A DNA stretch of 64,000 bases, taken from the NCBI GenBank assembly GCA_030754595.1, contig JASLZZ010000126.1, positions 1 through 64,000 on the forward strand, written 5' to 3'. The stretch is from Nitrospinota bacterium (GTDB lineage Bacteria > UBA8248). The translations under genes were made by a program, and so were the position numbers. Under the pieces are notes generated by a model. It saw only the letters and a program-made list of their open reading frames with translations. It searched no databases and was not told the origin of the DNA. Each line of letters begins with the position of its first letter. Within the stretch, counting starts at the first letter, position 1. This document shows, one piece after another, positions 18,940 through 27,735 of the stretch.

Positions 18940-18982
18940 AAGTGCCGGACCGGAAATCACCCAAGTGCCGGACCGGAAATCA
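18940..18982. repeat. 20-bp direct repeat, 23-bp period
   Basis: AAGTGCCGGACCGGAAATCA at 18940-18959 and 18963-18982. Confidence 0.85.
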
Positions 18983-19014
18983 TCGTTTTTTTTCATCCCG
19001 AGGAGTTCAATCCA

Positions 19015-20109
19015 GTGACGAACGATGCAGAAGAGAGAATCGAGGAATTCGCCGCCAAATCCCGCGATCTGGTCGGCAAGGAGGTCCGCGAGCGGGGGCC
19101 CTGGAACACCGAAGCCTCGGCCGACGCCATCCGCCATTTCGCCTACGGCATCGACGACGACAATCCCCTCTGGCTCGATCCGGATTACGCCGCCAAAACC
19201 TCCGGCGGAAAAATACAGGCCCCGCCCGCCTTTTTGGTTTCGGTCCTTTACCCCATCCTTCACGGGGCGCCGGTGGCGGCGCCGCTTTCCTCGCTGATCG
19301 GAGGCGTCGCCTGCGAATGGTTCAAGCCCGTCTACGCCGGGGAAAAGCTGCGGGCCTCGTCGATCCAAAAAGAGATGTTCGAGAAAACCAACAAGGCGGG
19401 CCGCCGCCTGATCTTCATCATCGGCGAGTTCACCTACTGGAACGGGGCCGATGAGATCGTGGCCAAGGCGACCGGCACCATGATCCGCACCCTCCAGGAG
19501 GGAACCAGCCTCTTGTACGATCGCGAGATCACCCACTACGACGAGGAGGCCATCGCCGGGATCGAGGCCGAGTACCGCGCCGAAAAAAGGACCGGCGCGG
19601 ACACGATCCATTGGGAGGATGTCGCCCCGGGAGACGAGCTCCCCCCGATGCTGCGAGGGCCGCTCACCATCGGAGACATGGTGGCCTGGAACGCCGCGCT
19701 TGGCCCCTCCTACAAGGCCGGCCGGCTCGGATACCTCGACATCATCAAGGCGCCCCACAACGCCGTCATCACCCCCAAGATCGGGCTGCCCGTCAAAAAC
19801 TCCCAGCAGCACGAGGACTTCACCCTCGCCGCGGGCCGGGGGATGCCGGGGCCCTTCGACAACGGGGTGATGCGCTTCGCCTGGTCCACCCCCTACGTCA
19901 CGAACTGGATGGGGGACGAGGGCTTCCTCAAGAAGCTCGACTGCCAGGTGCGAAAACCCATGATCTACGGCGACACGATCCGCTACACCGGCAAGGTCGC
20001 CGAAAAGGGCGAGGACGGCTCCGTCATCCTCGAATTCACGGGTACGAACCAGCTCGGCGAGATCGCCAGCAAGGGCACGGCCGAGGTCATCCTGCCGTCG
20101 AAGGGCTAG
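19015..20109 (+). CDS. double hot-dog (MaoC/FAS1-like) acyl dehydratase
   Basis: IRHFAYGIDDDNPLW N-terminal hot-dog domain; second domain with H-ED...GMPGPFDNG; GAGGAG RBS and GTG start. Confidence 0.8.
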   Translation: MTNDAEERIEEFAAKSRDLVGKEVRERGPWNTEASADAIRHFAYGIDDDNPLWLDPDYAAKTSGGKIQAPPAFLVSVLYPILHGAPVAAPLSSLIGGVACEWFKPVYAGEKLRASSIQKEMFEKTNKAGRRLIFIIGEFTYWNGADEIVAKATGTMIRTLQEGTSLLYDREITHYDEEAIAGIEAEYRAEKRTGADTIHWEDVAPGDELPPMLRGPLTIGDMVAWNAALGPSYKAGRLGYLDIIKAPHNAVITPKIGLPVKNSQQHEDFTLAAGRGMPGPFDNGVMRFAWSTPYVTNWMGDEGFLKKLDCQVRKPMIYGDTIRYTGKVAEKGEDGSVILEFTGTNQLGEIASKGTAEVILPSKG

Positions 20110-20216
20110 CCGCCGATTAGCCTGACGCGATAGCGGCCATGATGGAGAACCGGGATGGAGCGCCCGGCGCGAAATAGAGGGGCGCGATAGCGGGGCCGCG
20201 AGCAGGAGGAAACAAG

Positions 20217-21086
20217 ATGCCCGGATGGATGGAGCTTCTCGCCCAGGTGCCCGAAACCATCGCCGAGGAAGCCTCCGCCCGGCTCATCGAATCGGGGGCC
20301 TCGGCGGTCGAGACGCGGGATTCGCGGCCCGGGGCCGCCCTCTTGATCACCCACTTCCGCCTGGGTGACGGGGCCACCCAAAAACTCCGGGCCGCCGAGG
20401 CGGCGCTCGCCGGGTTCGGAGTCGCGCCCGGCGCCATCGCCGTCCGCAACATCGAAGAGGTGAACTGGGTCGCCCTGGCGAGGGAAAAATTCACCGCCCG
20501 CGCCTACGGAGATCGCCTCTGGGTGCGTCCGCCCTGGGACGAGGAGGCCGCCCCCGAGGGCCGCGAGGCGATCATCCTCGAGCCTTCTCTTGCTTTTGGA
20601 ACGGGCCGCCACCCCACGACCACACTCTGCCTCAACGCGATCGAGCGTTTTTTGGGGGAGCGCCCCGCCCGGCGTTTCCTCGACCTGGGCTGCGGCTCGG
20701 GCATCCTGAGCGCGGCGGCGCTAAAACTCGGGGCGGACGAGGCGCTCGACCTCGACCCGGTGGCCGCCGGCACCGCCCGGAAACTCGCCGAGGCGAACGG
20801 CCTCGCGGACCGCATGCGGATCCTGGCCGGAACCCTCGAGCCCGAGACGGCCGGCGAGTGGTGGGGCCGTGTGGACCTGCTCGCGGCGAATATTTTCCTC
20901 ACCCCGCTCCGGGAGCTCGCACCAAGGATAACCGGGGCGCTCGCCCCCGGCAGCCGGGGGGTCCTGAGCGGGGTGGGCTACGAGCAGGCAGACACCCTCG
21001 CCGGTATCGCCGAGGCGGCGGGCCTGCGCGTCACCGGCCGGAAAACCATCGAAGAATGGGCCGCCGTCGAGATAGAAAAAACCTGA
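20217..21086 (+). CDS. prmA: ribosomal protein L11 methyltransferase
   Basis: EPSLAFGTGRHPTT, LDLGCGSGILS, ANI; near dnaJ. Confidence 0.88.
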   Translation: MPGWMELLAQVPETIAEEASARLIESGASAVETRDSRPGAALLITHFRLGDGATQKLRAAEAALAGFGVAPGAIAVRNIEEVNWVALAREKFTARAYGDRLWVRPPWDEEAAPEGREAIILEPSLAFGTGRHPTTTLCLNAIERFLGERPARRFLDLGCGSGILSAAALKLGADEALDLDPVAAGTARKLAEANGLADRMRILAGTLEPETAGEWWGRVDLLAANIFLTPLRELAPRITGALAPGSRGVLSGVGYEQADTLAGIAEAAGLRVTGRKTIEEWAAVEIEKT

Positions 21087-21139
21087 GCCACCACCCTATC
21101 CTCTCAACACCTTCTTTCTCCCCTCCTTTCATAAAACCC

Positions 21140-21268
21140 CCTGTACACACGCGAAAATAAAACATAAACTGATTCATGTCTTTCTGCCATCAAACTTGAT
21201 AGGGGGAAACCATGGACATCGAGACCCGGTTTGAATCGCTCGAAAGAAAACTTCGCCTTCACCGCCGC
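21140..21268 (+). repeat. promoter-RBS-N-terminus module, copy 1 (diverged)
   Basis: TGTACA-17-TAAACT (21142-21170), GGGGG RBS, ATGGACATCGAGACCCGG; aligns with copies 2 and 3. Confidence 0.85.
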
Positions 21269-21849
21269 CTCTGGATGGGCGCGGCCTGCCTGCTCGCCGG
21301 GGCCATCGTACTCGGGGCAACGAGGCCCGTCCCCAAGGTCATCGTTGCGGAAAATTTTGTGGTGATGGGCCCTTCGGGAAAGCCCCGCGCATCATGGGGA
21401 GTGAGCAAGGACGGGGAGGTGGTACTTGGGATGACGGAGGGGGGTAAACCCCGTTTGGCCATCGGCGTCAGGAAAGGATATACGGGAATGATTATTTCTG
21501 GCTCCGAAGGAAAGAGACAGTTTGCTGCCGGGCTTATTAAAGCCAAATCGCAAAAGGAGCCATTTCCCTTGATAGCACTTTTCGACAAAACGGCAAATCC
21601 CAGGTCAGCATAAACGCGGCAAACAGGAAGGGCACGCATTCTTTTCAGGTTCTCGATCGGTCAGGAAACCAGCGGGCTTCTTTCGGTCTAACGGCACCCC
21701 AGGGACCATCCTTTGTTCTAAGAGACGCCCAAGGAAGACATCGCAGCATATACGGCCTCACGAAGGATGGCGAACCGACGCTCATGTTCCTGGACGAAAA
21801 AGACGAGGTGTATTGGGTTGCGCCGCAGGAATTAAATAAAATCAAATAA
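21212..21849 (+). pseudogene. membrane-anchored beta-repeat hypothetical protein, frameshifted
   Basis: Charged leader, one TM helix, repeats like xxxDxxGxxRxxxG. Frame stops at 21613, but one extra A in A4 (21587-21590) gives FDKNGKSQVSI...VLDRSGNQRASFG...LRDAQGRHRSIYG...FLDEKDEVYWVAP to TAA 21849. Confidence 0.7.
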
Positions 21850-21947
21850 ATATCCCGCCCCACGGCCCCGGCGAGAATCTCCGCGCATTTCCTGTAGCTG
21901 GATTTCTCCCTTCCTGTGATTACATTGACCCCGCCATCCCAAAACCA

Positions 21948-22123
21948 CCTGGACGTACGCGAAAATATAACGTAAACTTGTTCATCCCATCCACCGCCAT
22001 CTATTTCAGGGGGGAAAGCCCATGGACATCGAGACCCGGCTCGAATCGTTCGAAAAAAAAACTCCGTCTTCACAAGCGCCGCGGCAAGAGAAGATACGGA
22101 CCGGGGAGTAAATAGCCGATGGG
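21948..22123 (+). repeat. promoter-RBS-N-terminus module, copy 2
   Basis: TGGACG-17-TAAACT (21950-21978), ATG 22022, A9 tract at 22053-22061; near-identical to the reverse complement of 27736-27907. Confidence 0.92.
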
Positions 22124-22430
22124 GTGGAAACCGGATTGGGAAGAGGAGGAATGGGAACAGGAGGACCGGATGGCCTGCCTGGTGACGGTGTTCTCGCTGC
22201 TCACCGCCCTCATCATAAAGACCACGCTGGAGATGGCCAATCCCCTGACGCACCTGAAACAGGAGCTGGCGCATGCGCGCGAAATCGCCGCCAAGCTGAC
22301 GGGGGGCTTCGAGGACGAGCTTCTTGAGTGCCGGGTCCTGGAGCGTTTCTCATAGATAATCAACGAGCTCGAGTCGGAAGTGGCGAAAGAAATCAGGAAG
22401 CAGCACGGGGGGCAGGCGGAGATGAACTAG
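22119..22430 (+). pseudogene. small helical hypothetical protein with in-frame TAG
   Basis: ORF 22119-22355 continues in frame past TAG (22353-22355) as IINELESEVAKEIRKQHGGQAEMN* with coding-like codon use. Confidence 0.5.
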
Positions 22431-22461
22431 CCCGCCCTCTTCCGGCACCCGCGCCCCTTTT

Positions 22462-22490
22462 TTGACACCCGCCGCCCTTTTGATGATAAT
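22462..22490 (+). promoter_or_regulatory. near-consensus sigma-70-type promoter
   Basis: TTGACA (22462-22467), 17-bp spacer, GATAAT (22485-22490). Confidence 0.7.
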
Positions 22491-22495
22491 CGCCT

Positions 22496-22569
22496 CAACA
22501 GGCGTGCGCCCCGGCCATCAGCGCCGGGGACCCGGGATTGGCCCCGCGATTTCGCGGGGCTTTTTCTTT
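22496..22569 (+). ncRNA. candidate small RNA or purD leader
   Basis: Bounded by a near-consensus promoter and an intrinsic terminator; contains hairpin CCCCGGC-CATCAGC-GCCGGGG; no ORF. Confidence 0.4.
22541..22569 (+). terminator. intrinsic terminator
   Basis: GCCCCGCG-ATTT-CGCGGGGC followed by TTTTTCTTT. Confidence 0.8.
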
Positions 22570-22666
22570 GCGCCGGATTACCTTGGTGGATTGACGCCCC
22601 GCCGCCGCGAGGTGCAATCTGCCCCCATCGCTTACCGAACCGAATCATCCGCGCGGGGATTTATTC

Positions 22667-23947
22667 ATGAAAATCATCATCGTCGGCGGGGGCGGGCGCG
22701 AGCACGCCCTGGCCTGGAAGCTGGCTCAAAGCCCGGGGGCCGATGACATCGTCTGCGCTCCCGGCAACGCGGGGACCGCCGCCCTCGGGCGGAACGTACC
22801 CGTCGCCGCCGAGGACACCGAGGGCATCGCCGCCCTCGCCAAAAAAAAAGGGGCCGGCCTCGTCGTCGTCGGGCCCGAGGCGCCGCTGGCGATGGGCCTC
22901 GCCGACCGGTTGGAATCTGAGGGCGTCCCCGTCTTCGGGCCGAGCCGGGCGGCGGCCCGGCTCGAGGCGAGCAAGGCCTTCTCGAAAGAGTTGATGGAGG
23001 AAGCGAAAATTGCGACAGCGGACTTTGGTGTGTTCAACGACGCCGCGGAGGCGAAGCGGTTCGTGAGCGATCGCGGCGGGGCCTGGGCCGTCAAGGCGGA
23101 CGGCCTTGCTGCGGGTAAGGGCGTCATAACTACAGCGGATGTAAACGATGCCCAGGCGGCGATCACCGAGGTGATGGAGAAGCGCGCCTTCGGCGAGGCG
23201 GGTGCGTGGTGCGTGGTTGAGGAGTTTCTGGAGGGAGAAGAAGCGAGCCTGCTCGCCTTCGTGGACGGGCGGACCGCCCGTCTCATGCCCTCGGCCCAGG
23301 ACCACAAGCGCATCGGCGAGGGCGACACCGGCCCGAACACCGGCGGGATGGGAGCCTACTCCCCCGCCCCGGTGATGACGCCCGAATTGGAGACACGCGC
23401 CCTCGCCGAGGTCATCCAGCCCGCCGTGGACGCGATGGCGAGGCGCGGCACGCCCTACAAGGGGATTCTCTACGCCGGGCTCATGATCAAGGAGGGCGAG
23501 TTCAAGGTGATCGAGTTCAACTGCCGCTTCGGCGACCCGGAGTGCCAGCCGCTCCTCATGCGGATGGACTCGGACCTGCTGCCCGTGCTCCAGGCCTGCG
23601 CGTCGGGCACCCTCCCCGAGGTGGATATTTCGTTCTCGCGCGATCCCGCCGCCTGCGTCGTGATGGCCGCGGGGGGCTACCCCGGCGACTACAGGAAGGG
23701 CGACATCATTGTCGGGCTCGATGAGGCGAACGCCGTCGAGGGGGCGCAAGTCTTTCACGCCGGAACGAAGCCGGGCGGCGGGGGTGAGACGCTCACCTCG
23801 GGCGGGCGTGTCCTGGGCGTCACGGCACGGGGCCCCGACATCAAAACCGCGCTCGAGCGGGCTTACAGGGCCGCCGGGCTGATTCACTGGGACGACGCCT
23901 ACTACCGGAAGGACATCGGCGCGAAGGCGCTGCGCCGCCTGTCGTGA
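22667..23947 (+). CDS. purD: phosphoribosylamine--glycine ligase
   Basis: GGGGREHALAWKL, KADGLAAGKGV, QDHKR, GPNTGGMGAYSP, EFNCRFGDPE. Confidence 0.97.
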   Translation: MKIIIVGGGGREHALAWKLAQSPGADDIVCAPGNAGTAALGRNVPVAAEDTEGIAALAKKKGAGLVVVGPEAPLAMGLADRLESEGVPVFGPSRAAARLEASKAFSKELMEEAKIATADFGVFNDAAEAKRFVSDRGGAWAVKADGLAAGKGVITTADVNDAQAAITEVMEKRAFGEAGAWCVVEEFLEGEEASLLAFVDGRTARLMPSAQDHKRIGEGDTGPNTGGMGAYSPAPVMTPELETRALAEVIQPAVDAMARRGTPYKGILYAGLMIKEGEFKVIEFNCRFGDPECQPLLMRMDSDLLPVLQACASGTLPEVDISFSRDPAACVVMAAGGYPGDYRKGDIIVGLDEANAVEGAQVFHAGTKPGGGGETLTSGGRVLGVTARGPDIKTALERAYRAAGLIHWDDAYYRKDIGAKALRRLS

Positions 23948-23998
23948 CGAAGTTTCGATTCGAAATTTATTCCTGTTGATTAAGAGAGGGGAGCCGCG

Positions 23999-25048
23999 AT
24001 GAAAGCGATTGTGTTGACCGGGCCCGGAGAGCCCTTTGTGATGGAGGATCGCCCCGACCCCAAGGCCGGCCCCGGCGAGGCGGTGGCGCGGGTGCTGGCC
24101 TGCGGATCGGGCCTGACGATTCAGCACACCCGCATCGGGCGCGGCATCCCCGCCAACTACCCCGTCGTCATCGGCCACGAGATCACCGGCGAGATCGTGG
24201 AGACGGGGTCCGGCGTTACGGGTTTGAAGACCGGCGACCCGGTGACCTGCTACTTCTACCTCGACTGCGGCCAGTGCAAGTGGTGCCTGAGCAACCGGCC
24301 CACTTTGTGCTCGAACCTGGGCGGCCATGTCGGGCGCCAGATCGACGGCGGCTACGCCGAGTACATCAAGCTGCCCGAGCGCAACTTCATCAAGATTCCG
24401 GACAGCCTTGACTGGAAGCGTCAGCCCGCCGAGGTGTCCGTCCTTTGCGACGCCCTCGCCACCCCCTTCAAGGTGATCCGCCGGGCGCGCATCGCCCCGA
24501 TGGACACCGTCGCCGTCATCGGCGCGGGCGGCGGCCTGGGTATTCACATGGTGATGATGGCCCGCTGGGCCCACGCCCGCGTCATCGCCGTGGACGTGGC
24601 GGCCGGGAAGCTCGAGAAATGCCGCGAGGTGGGAGCCCACGAAACGGTGGACGCCTCGGGGGGCGGAATGACCGAAGCGCTGAGAGACCTCACCGGCGGG
24701 GAGGGGGTAGATGTCGTCGTGGATTTCGTATCGAGCGCGCAGACCCTCACCGACGGCGTGAAGGCGCTCGGGCTGGGCGGCAGGCTGGCCACCCTGGGCG
24801 GCTCCGGCTCCACGGCCCCGTTCGAGGCCATGGGGCGCGATTTCACCGCCAAGGAGATCGAGGTGATGGGCAGCCGCTACTGCACCCGCCAGGAGGTCAT
24901 CGACACGCTGAACCTCGCCGCGCGCGGGGACGTCTGGCCCCTCGTCACCGAAAAATACGGTTTCAATACCGAAGACGCCGAGCTGGTGCACGAGCGCCTC
25001 GAAAAAGGAGAGGTCCTCGGCCGCGCCGCCCTCATGGTGGCCGGGTAG
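23999..25048 (+). CDS. zinc-binding alcohol dehydrogenase family protein
   Basis: GHEITG, CGQCKWC..C structural Zn, GAGGGLG. Confidence 0.88.
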   Translation: MKAIVLTGPGEPFVMEDRPDPKAGPGEAVARVLACGSGLTIQHTRIGRGIPANYPVVIGHEITGEIVETGSGVTGLKTGDPVTCYFYLDCGQCKWCLSNRPTLCSNLGGHVGRQIDGGYAEYIKLPERNFIKIPDSLDWKRQPAEVSVLCDALATPFKVIRRARIAPMDTVAVIGAGGGLGIHMVMMARWAHARVIAVDVAAGKLEKCREVGAHETVDASGGGMTEALRDLTGGEGVDVVVDFVSSAQTLTDGVKALGLGGRLATLGGSGSTAPFEAMGRDFTAKEIEVMGSRYCTRQEVIDTLNLAARGDVWPLVTEKYGFNTEDAELVHERLEKGEVLGRAALMVAG

Positions 25049-25068
25049 TGTCCGCTTCAACTCCACTG

Positions 25069-25111
25069 AAAAAACGTCCCCGCGATCCGAATGATCGCGG
25101 GGACGTTTTTT
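25069..25111. terminator. bidirectional intrinsic terminator
   Basis: AAAAAACGTCCCCGCGATC-CGAAT-GATCGCGGGGACGTTTTTT between convergent genes. Confidence 0.9.
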
Positions 25112-25148
25112 ATCGTTTTATTTCTACGCGTTATTTTCTAAAAACCGC

Positions 25149-25844
25149 TTAGTCGGCGAGCGTCCAGCTTCCGTCCGGCTGGCGGCAGGCGGTGCCGTAG
25201 GCCTGCCGGGTCTTTCCGTCGATGGTGACGGTCTGGTTGTACTCGCGGCAGAACTGCCCCCGGGCGTTTTGATAGGCGGGCTTCGGGGTCACCGTGCCGT
25301 GGACGCCCGAGTCCGGGTCGCGCCAGGGCACCTCGGCGCCCGAGCGGGAGGTCTCGAGCGCTGTGCCCGTCGTTCGCGCCATGGCGAGCCGCTGGCCCTC
25401 GTCGAGCTGTTTTCCGATCTCGCCTCCGGCCAGCAGGCCGATGAGCGAGCCCGCCACGATGGCGAGGGCTTTTCCGCTGCCCGCGCCGATGGTCGAGCCG
25501 ATCACGCCGCCGCCGACCCCGCCGAGGATGGCCCCTAAAACCTGGCCGGAGTTGTCCCGGCTTTCGTAGGTTGTGACGGTCGTTCCAGAGGGATAGTGCG
25601 CATGCCTATCCCAGTAGCTGTCGTAGGGGTGGTAGTGGCCGTCGTGATGGTGGTAGCTGTGGTTCCACCCGTAGGCATAGACCGGGAAGTAAAAATGGGA
25701 CCGGAAGTGCCGCCGCCCGCCGCGGTAGCGGTGGCGGGAGTGCCTGCCCCGCCAGGCCTCGGCGTCATCAACTGCGAGAAGTCCCGGCCCGAGTAGCGCC
25801 GCCCCAAAAATCACCGCCAGGGATACCGCCAAGATGCGCTTCAT
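25149..25844 (-). CDS. glycine-zipper surface protein (17-kDa antigen / RT0821-Lpp0805-like) with His/Tyr-rich N-region
   Basis: Signal peptide; GAILGGVGGGVIGSTIG zipper; CREY.QTVTIDG..QAYGTACRQPDGSW. Confidence 0.85.
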   Translation of the reverse strand: MKRILAVSLAVIFGAALLGPGLLAVDDAEAWRGRHSRHRYRGGRRHFRSHFYFPVYAYGWNHSYHHHDGHYHPYDSYWDRHAHYPSGTTVTTYESRDNSGQVLGAILGGVGGGVIGSTIGAGSGKALAIVAGSLIGLLAGGEIGKQLDEGQRLAMARTTGTALETSRSGAEVPWRDPDSGVHGTVTPKPAYQNARGQFCREYNQTVTIDGKTRQAYGTACRQPDGSWTLAD

Positions 25845-26187
25845 TTTCCTATCCTCTTGTTTTTTTTGTCCCTTGGTCAAAAACACCCGAATCCAAGCAA
25901 ACCAGATACCGCTCTATTTGACGCGGCGGGTTCCATTTATCCTCTACTTATTAAAACTCGGTGTCCCAGGGTAAATTCCTGATTTTTACCGGATAATACA
26001 TTTCCGGCCCCTCAACCCCTATTTTCGGGAGTCAAGCTTTTAACATATATAATTTCAGTTGGTTATAGGAATAATCCGCCGTCCCCCACCCTGATCGAAG
26101 CCTGGCCACGGGCCCCGGCTTCGATTAGGATGGGCGGCTATTCCTCGCCGCATGGGTAGATTCAATAACTCGCCGAAGGAGGCAGGT

Positions 26188-26658
26188 GTGCGAACAGGGA
26201 TTCCCCTCGGGGGCTGGAGCGTCGGGGATAAATTCACCACCCGCGGCAGGACCGTGACCGAGACCGATATCCTGAGCTATGTGGGAGTGGCGGGCTACGC
26301 CGAGAGCCTGTTTCTCGACACGGAGTATCTCAAGGCGAAAGGCCACGGCAGTCGCATGGCCCCCGCCCTTCTGACGGCCTCGTTCGCCGACGGGCTTATC
26401 ATCCAGACCGGCGTTTTGAGCGAGGTCGCCGTCGCCCTCCTCGGCATCGACAACCTCAGGGCGCTGGCGCCGGTCTATGCCGGCGACACCCTCCACGCCG
26501 AGATCGAGGTGACCGAGGTGAGGCCCTCCGGGAGCCGGCCCGATCGAGGCGTCCTGAGCAGCCGCCAAAAGGTCGTCAACCAATCCGGAAAAACCGTCCT
26601 CGTGTACGACGTGAGCCGAATGGTGCTCCGCGAGGCGCCCGGTCAATCAAATTCCTAG
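26188..26658 (+). CDS. MaoC/PaaZ-like dehydratase
   Basis: TRGRTVTETDI, APVYAGDTL; GTG start after GGAGG. Confidence 0.8.
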   Translation: MRTGIPLGGWSVGDKFTTRGRTVTETDILSYVGVAGYAESLFLDTEYLKAKGHGSRMAPALLTASFADGLIIQTGVLSEVAVALLGIDNLRALAPVYAGDTLHAEIEVTEVRPSGSRPDRGVLSSRQKVVNQSGKTVLVYDVSRMVLREAPGQSNS

Positions 26659-27632
26659 AGCCCGAAAAACGCCTTGGCCGTTCCGCTCCAAATCTTTTCG
26701 GCGTCGCCGCCGGAAAGCCCAAGGCTCTCGACGATTTCGACGTGCGCCGCGACGGGGACCCATGGAGCGTCCGAGGCGAACATGAGGCGGTCCGCCCCCA
26801 TCTCGCTGAGGGCAAGCGAGAGGGCGGTTTTCGAGTGAGCGACGGCATCGGTGTAAAACCTATCGAAATAATGGCTCGGCGGATGGGAGATTTGATCCCG
26901 CGGCCCGGGGCGGCTGCCCGAGAGGCGGTCCACCCGCGCGATGAGGAGTGGAAGCGTCGCGCCGCCGTGGGGCAGGAGAACCTTGAGGCCGGGGTTGCGC
27001 TCCATGATGCCCGACATGATGAGCCTCAGCGCCGCCAGGCTCTCGTCGAACAGAAAACCGACCATGGGCCCCAGCCAGTAGTCGGCGTAAACCGGCCCCG
27101 AGGGCGAGGGACCCGGATGGAGAACGAGGGGAACCCCACGGTCCGCGAGCAGCGCCCAGACGGGCTCGAGGGCGGGCTCGTCGAGCGGGCGAGTCCCGCC
27201 GACGTAGGCGAACACCTGGAGGCCGACGAAACCCAGATCGTCGATGCACCGCTCGAGTTCGCGGCAACTGGCGTCGATGTCTCCATACCCCAAATTGGCG
27301 AAGCCGCGAAAACGGTCCGGGTGATTCGAAACGGCCTCGGCGATGCCGTCGTTTCCGATCCGGGCAAGCTCGTCGGCGTCGGACGGACCGGGGGCGAGGT
27401 CCGGGCCCGGTATGTTGACACTGAGCAGGGAGAGATCAATTTGGTGGGCGTCCATCTCCTCGAGCTTGAGGGACAGGTCCAGAAGGGCCGGCCCCATCGG
27501 CAGTACTGCTTCCAGGGTCCCGAGGGCCGACCAGCCGCCCTCCTCCCGCACGAACCGGGGATAATCCGATCTCTCCGCAAGGGCTTTGACGTAGGCATCC
27601 GGCATGTGGTGAGTTTGAACATCGATGCGCAT
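26655..27632 (-). CDS. amidohydrolase-2 family protein (ACMSD-like decarboxylase/hydratase)
   Basis: RIDVQTH, GNDGIAE, LVLHP, PHGGATLP, FASDAPW. Confidence 0.85.
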   Translation of the reverse strand: MRIDVQTHHMPDAYVKALAERSDYPRFVREEGGWSALGTLEAVLPMGPALLDLSLKLEEMDAHQIDLSLLSVNIPGPDLAPGPSDADELARIGNDGIAEAVSNHPDRFRGFANLGYGDIDASCRELERCIDDLGFVGLQVFAYVGGTRPLDEPALEPVWALLADRGVPLVLHPGPSPSGPVYADYWLGPMVGFLFDESLAALRLIMSGIMERNPGLKVLLPHGGATLPLLIARVDRLSGSRPGPRDQISHPPSHYFDRFYTDAVAHSKTALSLALSEMGADRLMFASDAPWVPVAAHVEIVESLGLSGGDAEKIWSGTAKAFFGL

Positions 27633-27735
27633 ATCGGGCTCCTGGTTTCAAGGCATAAGAATTGAATCGGGGCGCCCTGTAATTATCGGCCCTGGCGAGG
27701 GGCGCGCGCAAACGGATTTCAACCGGAGCGCGAGG

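Noticed and set aside
17739..18982. CRISPR interpretation of the short direct repeats
   Set aside because: Only two copies each, no spacers of CRISPR length and no cas genes.
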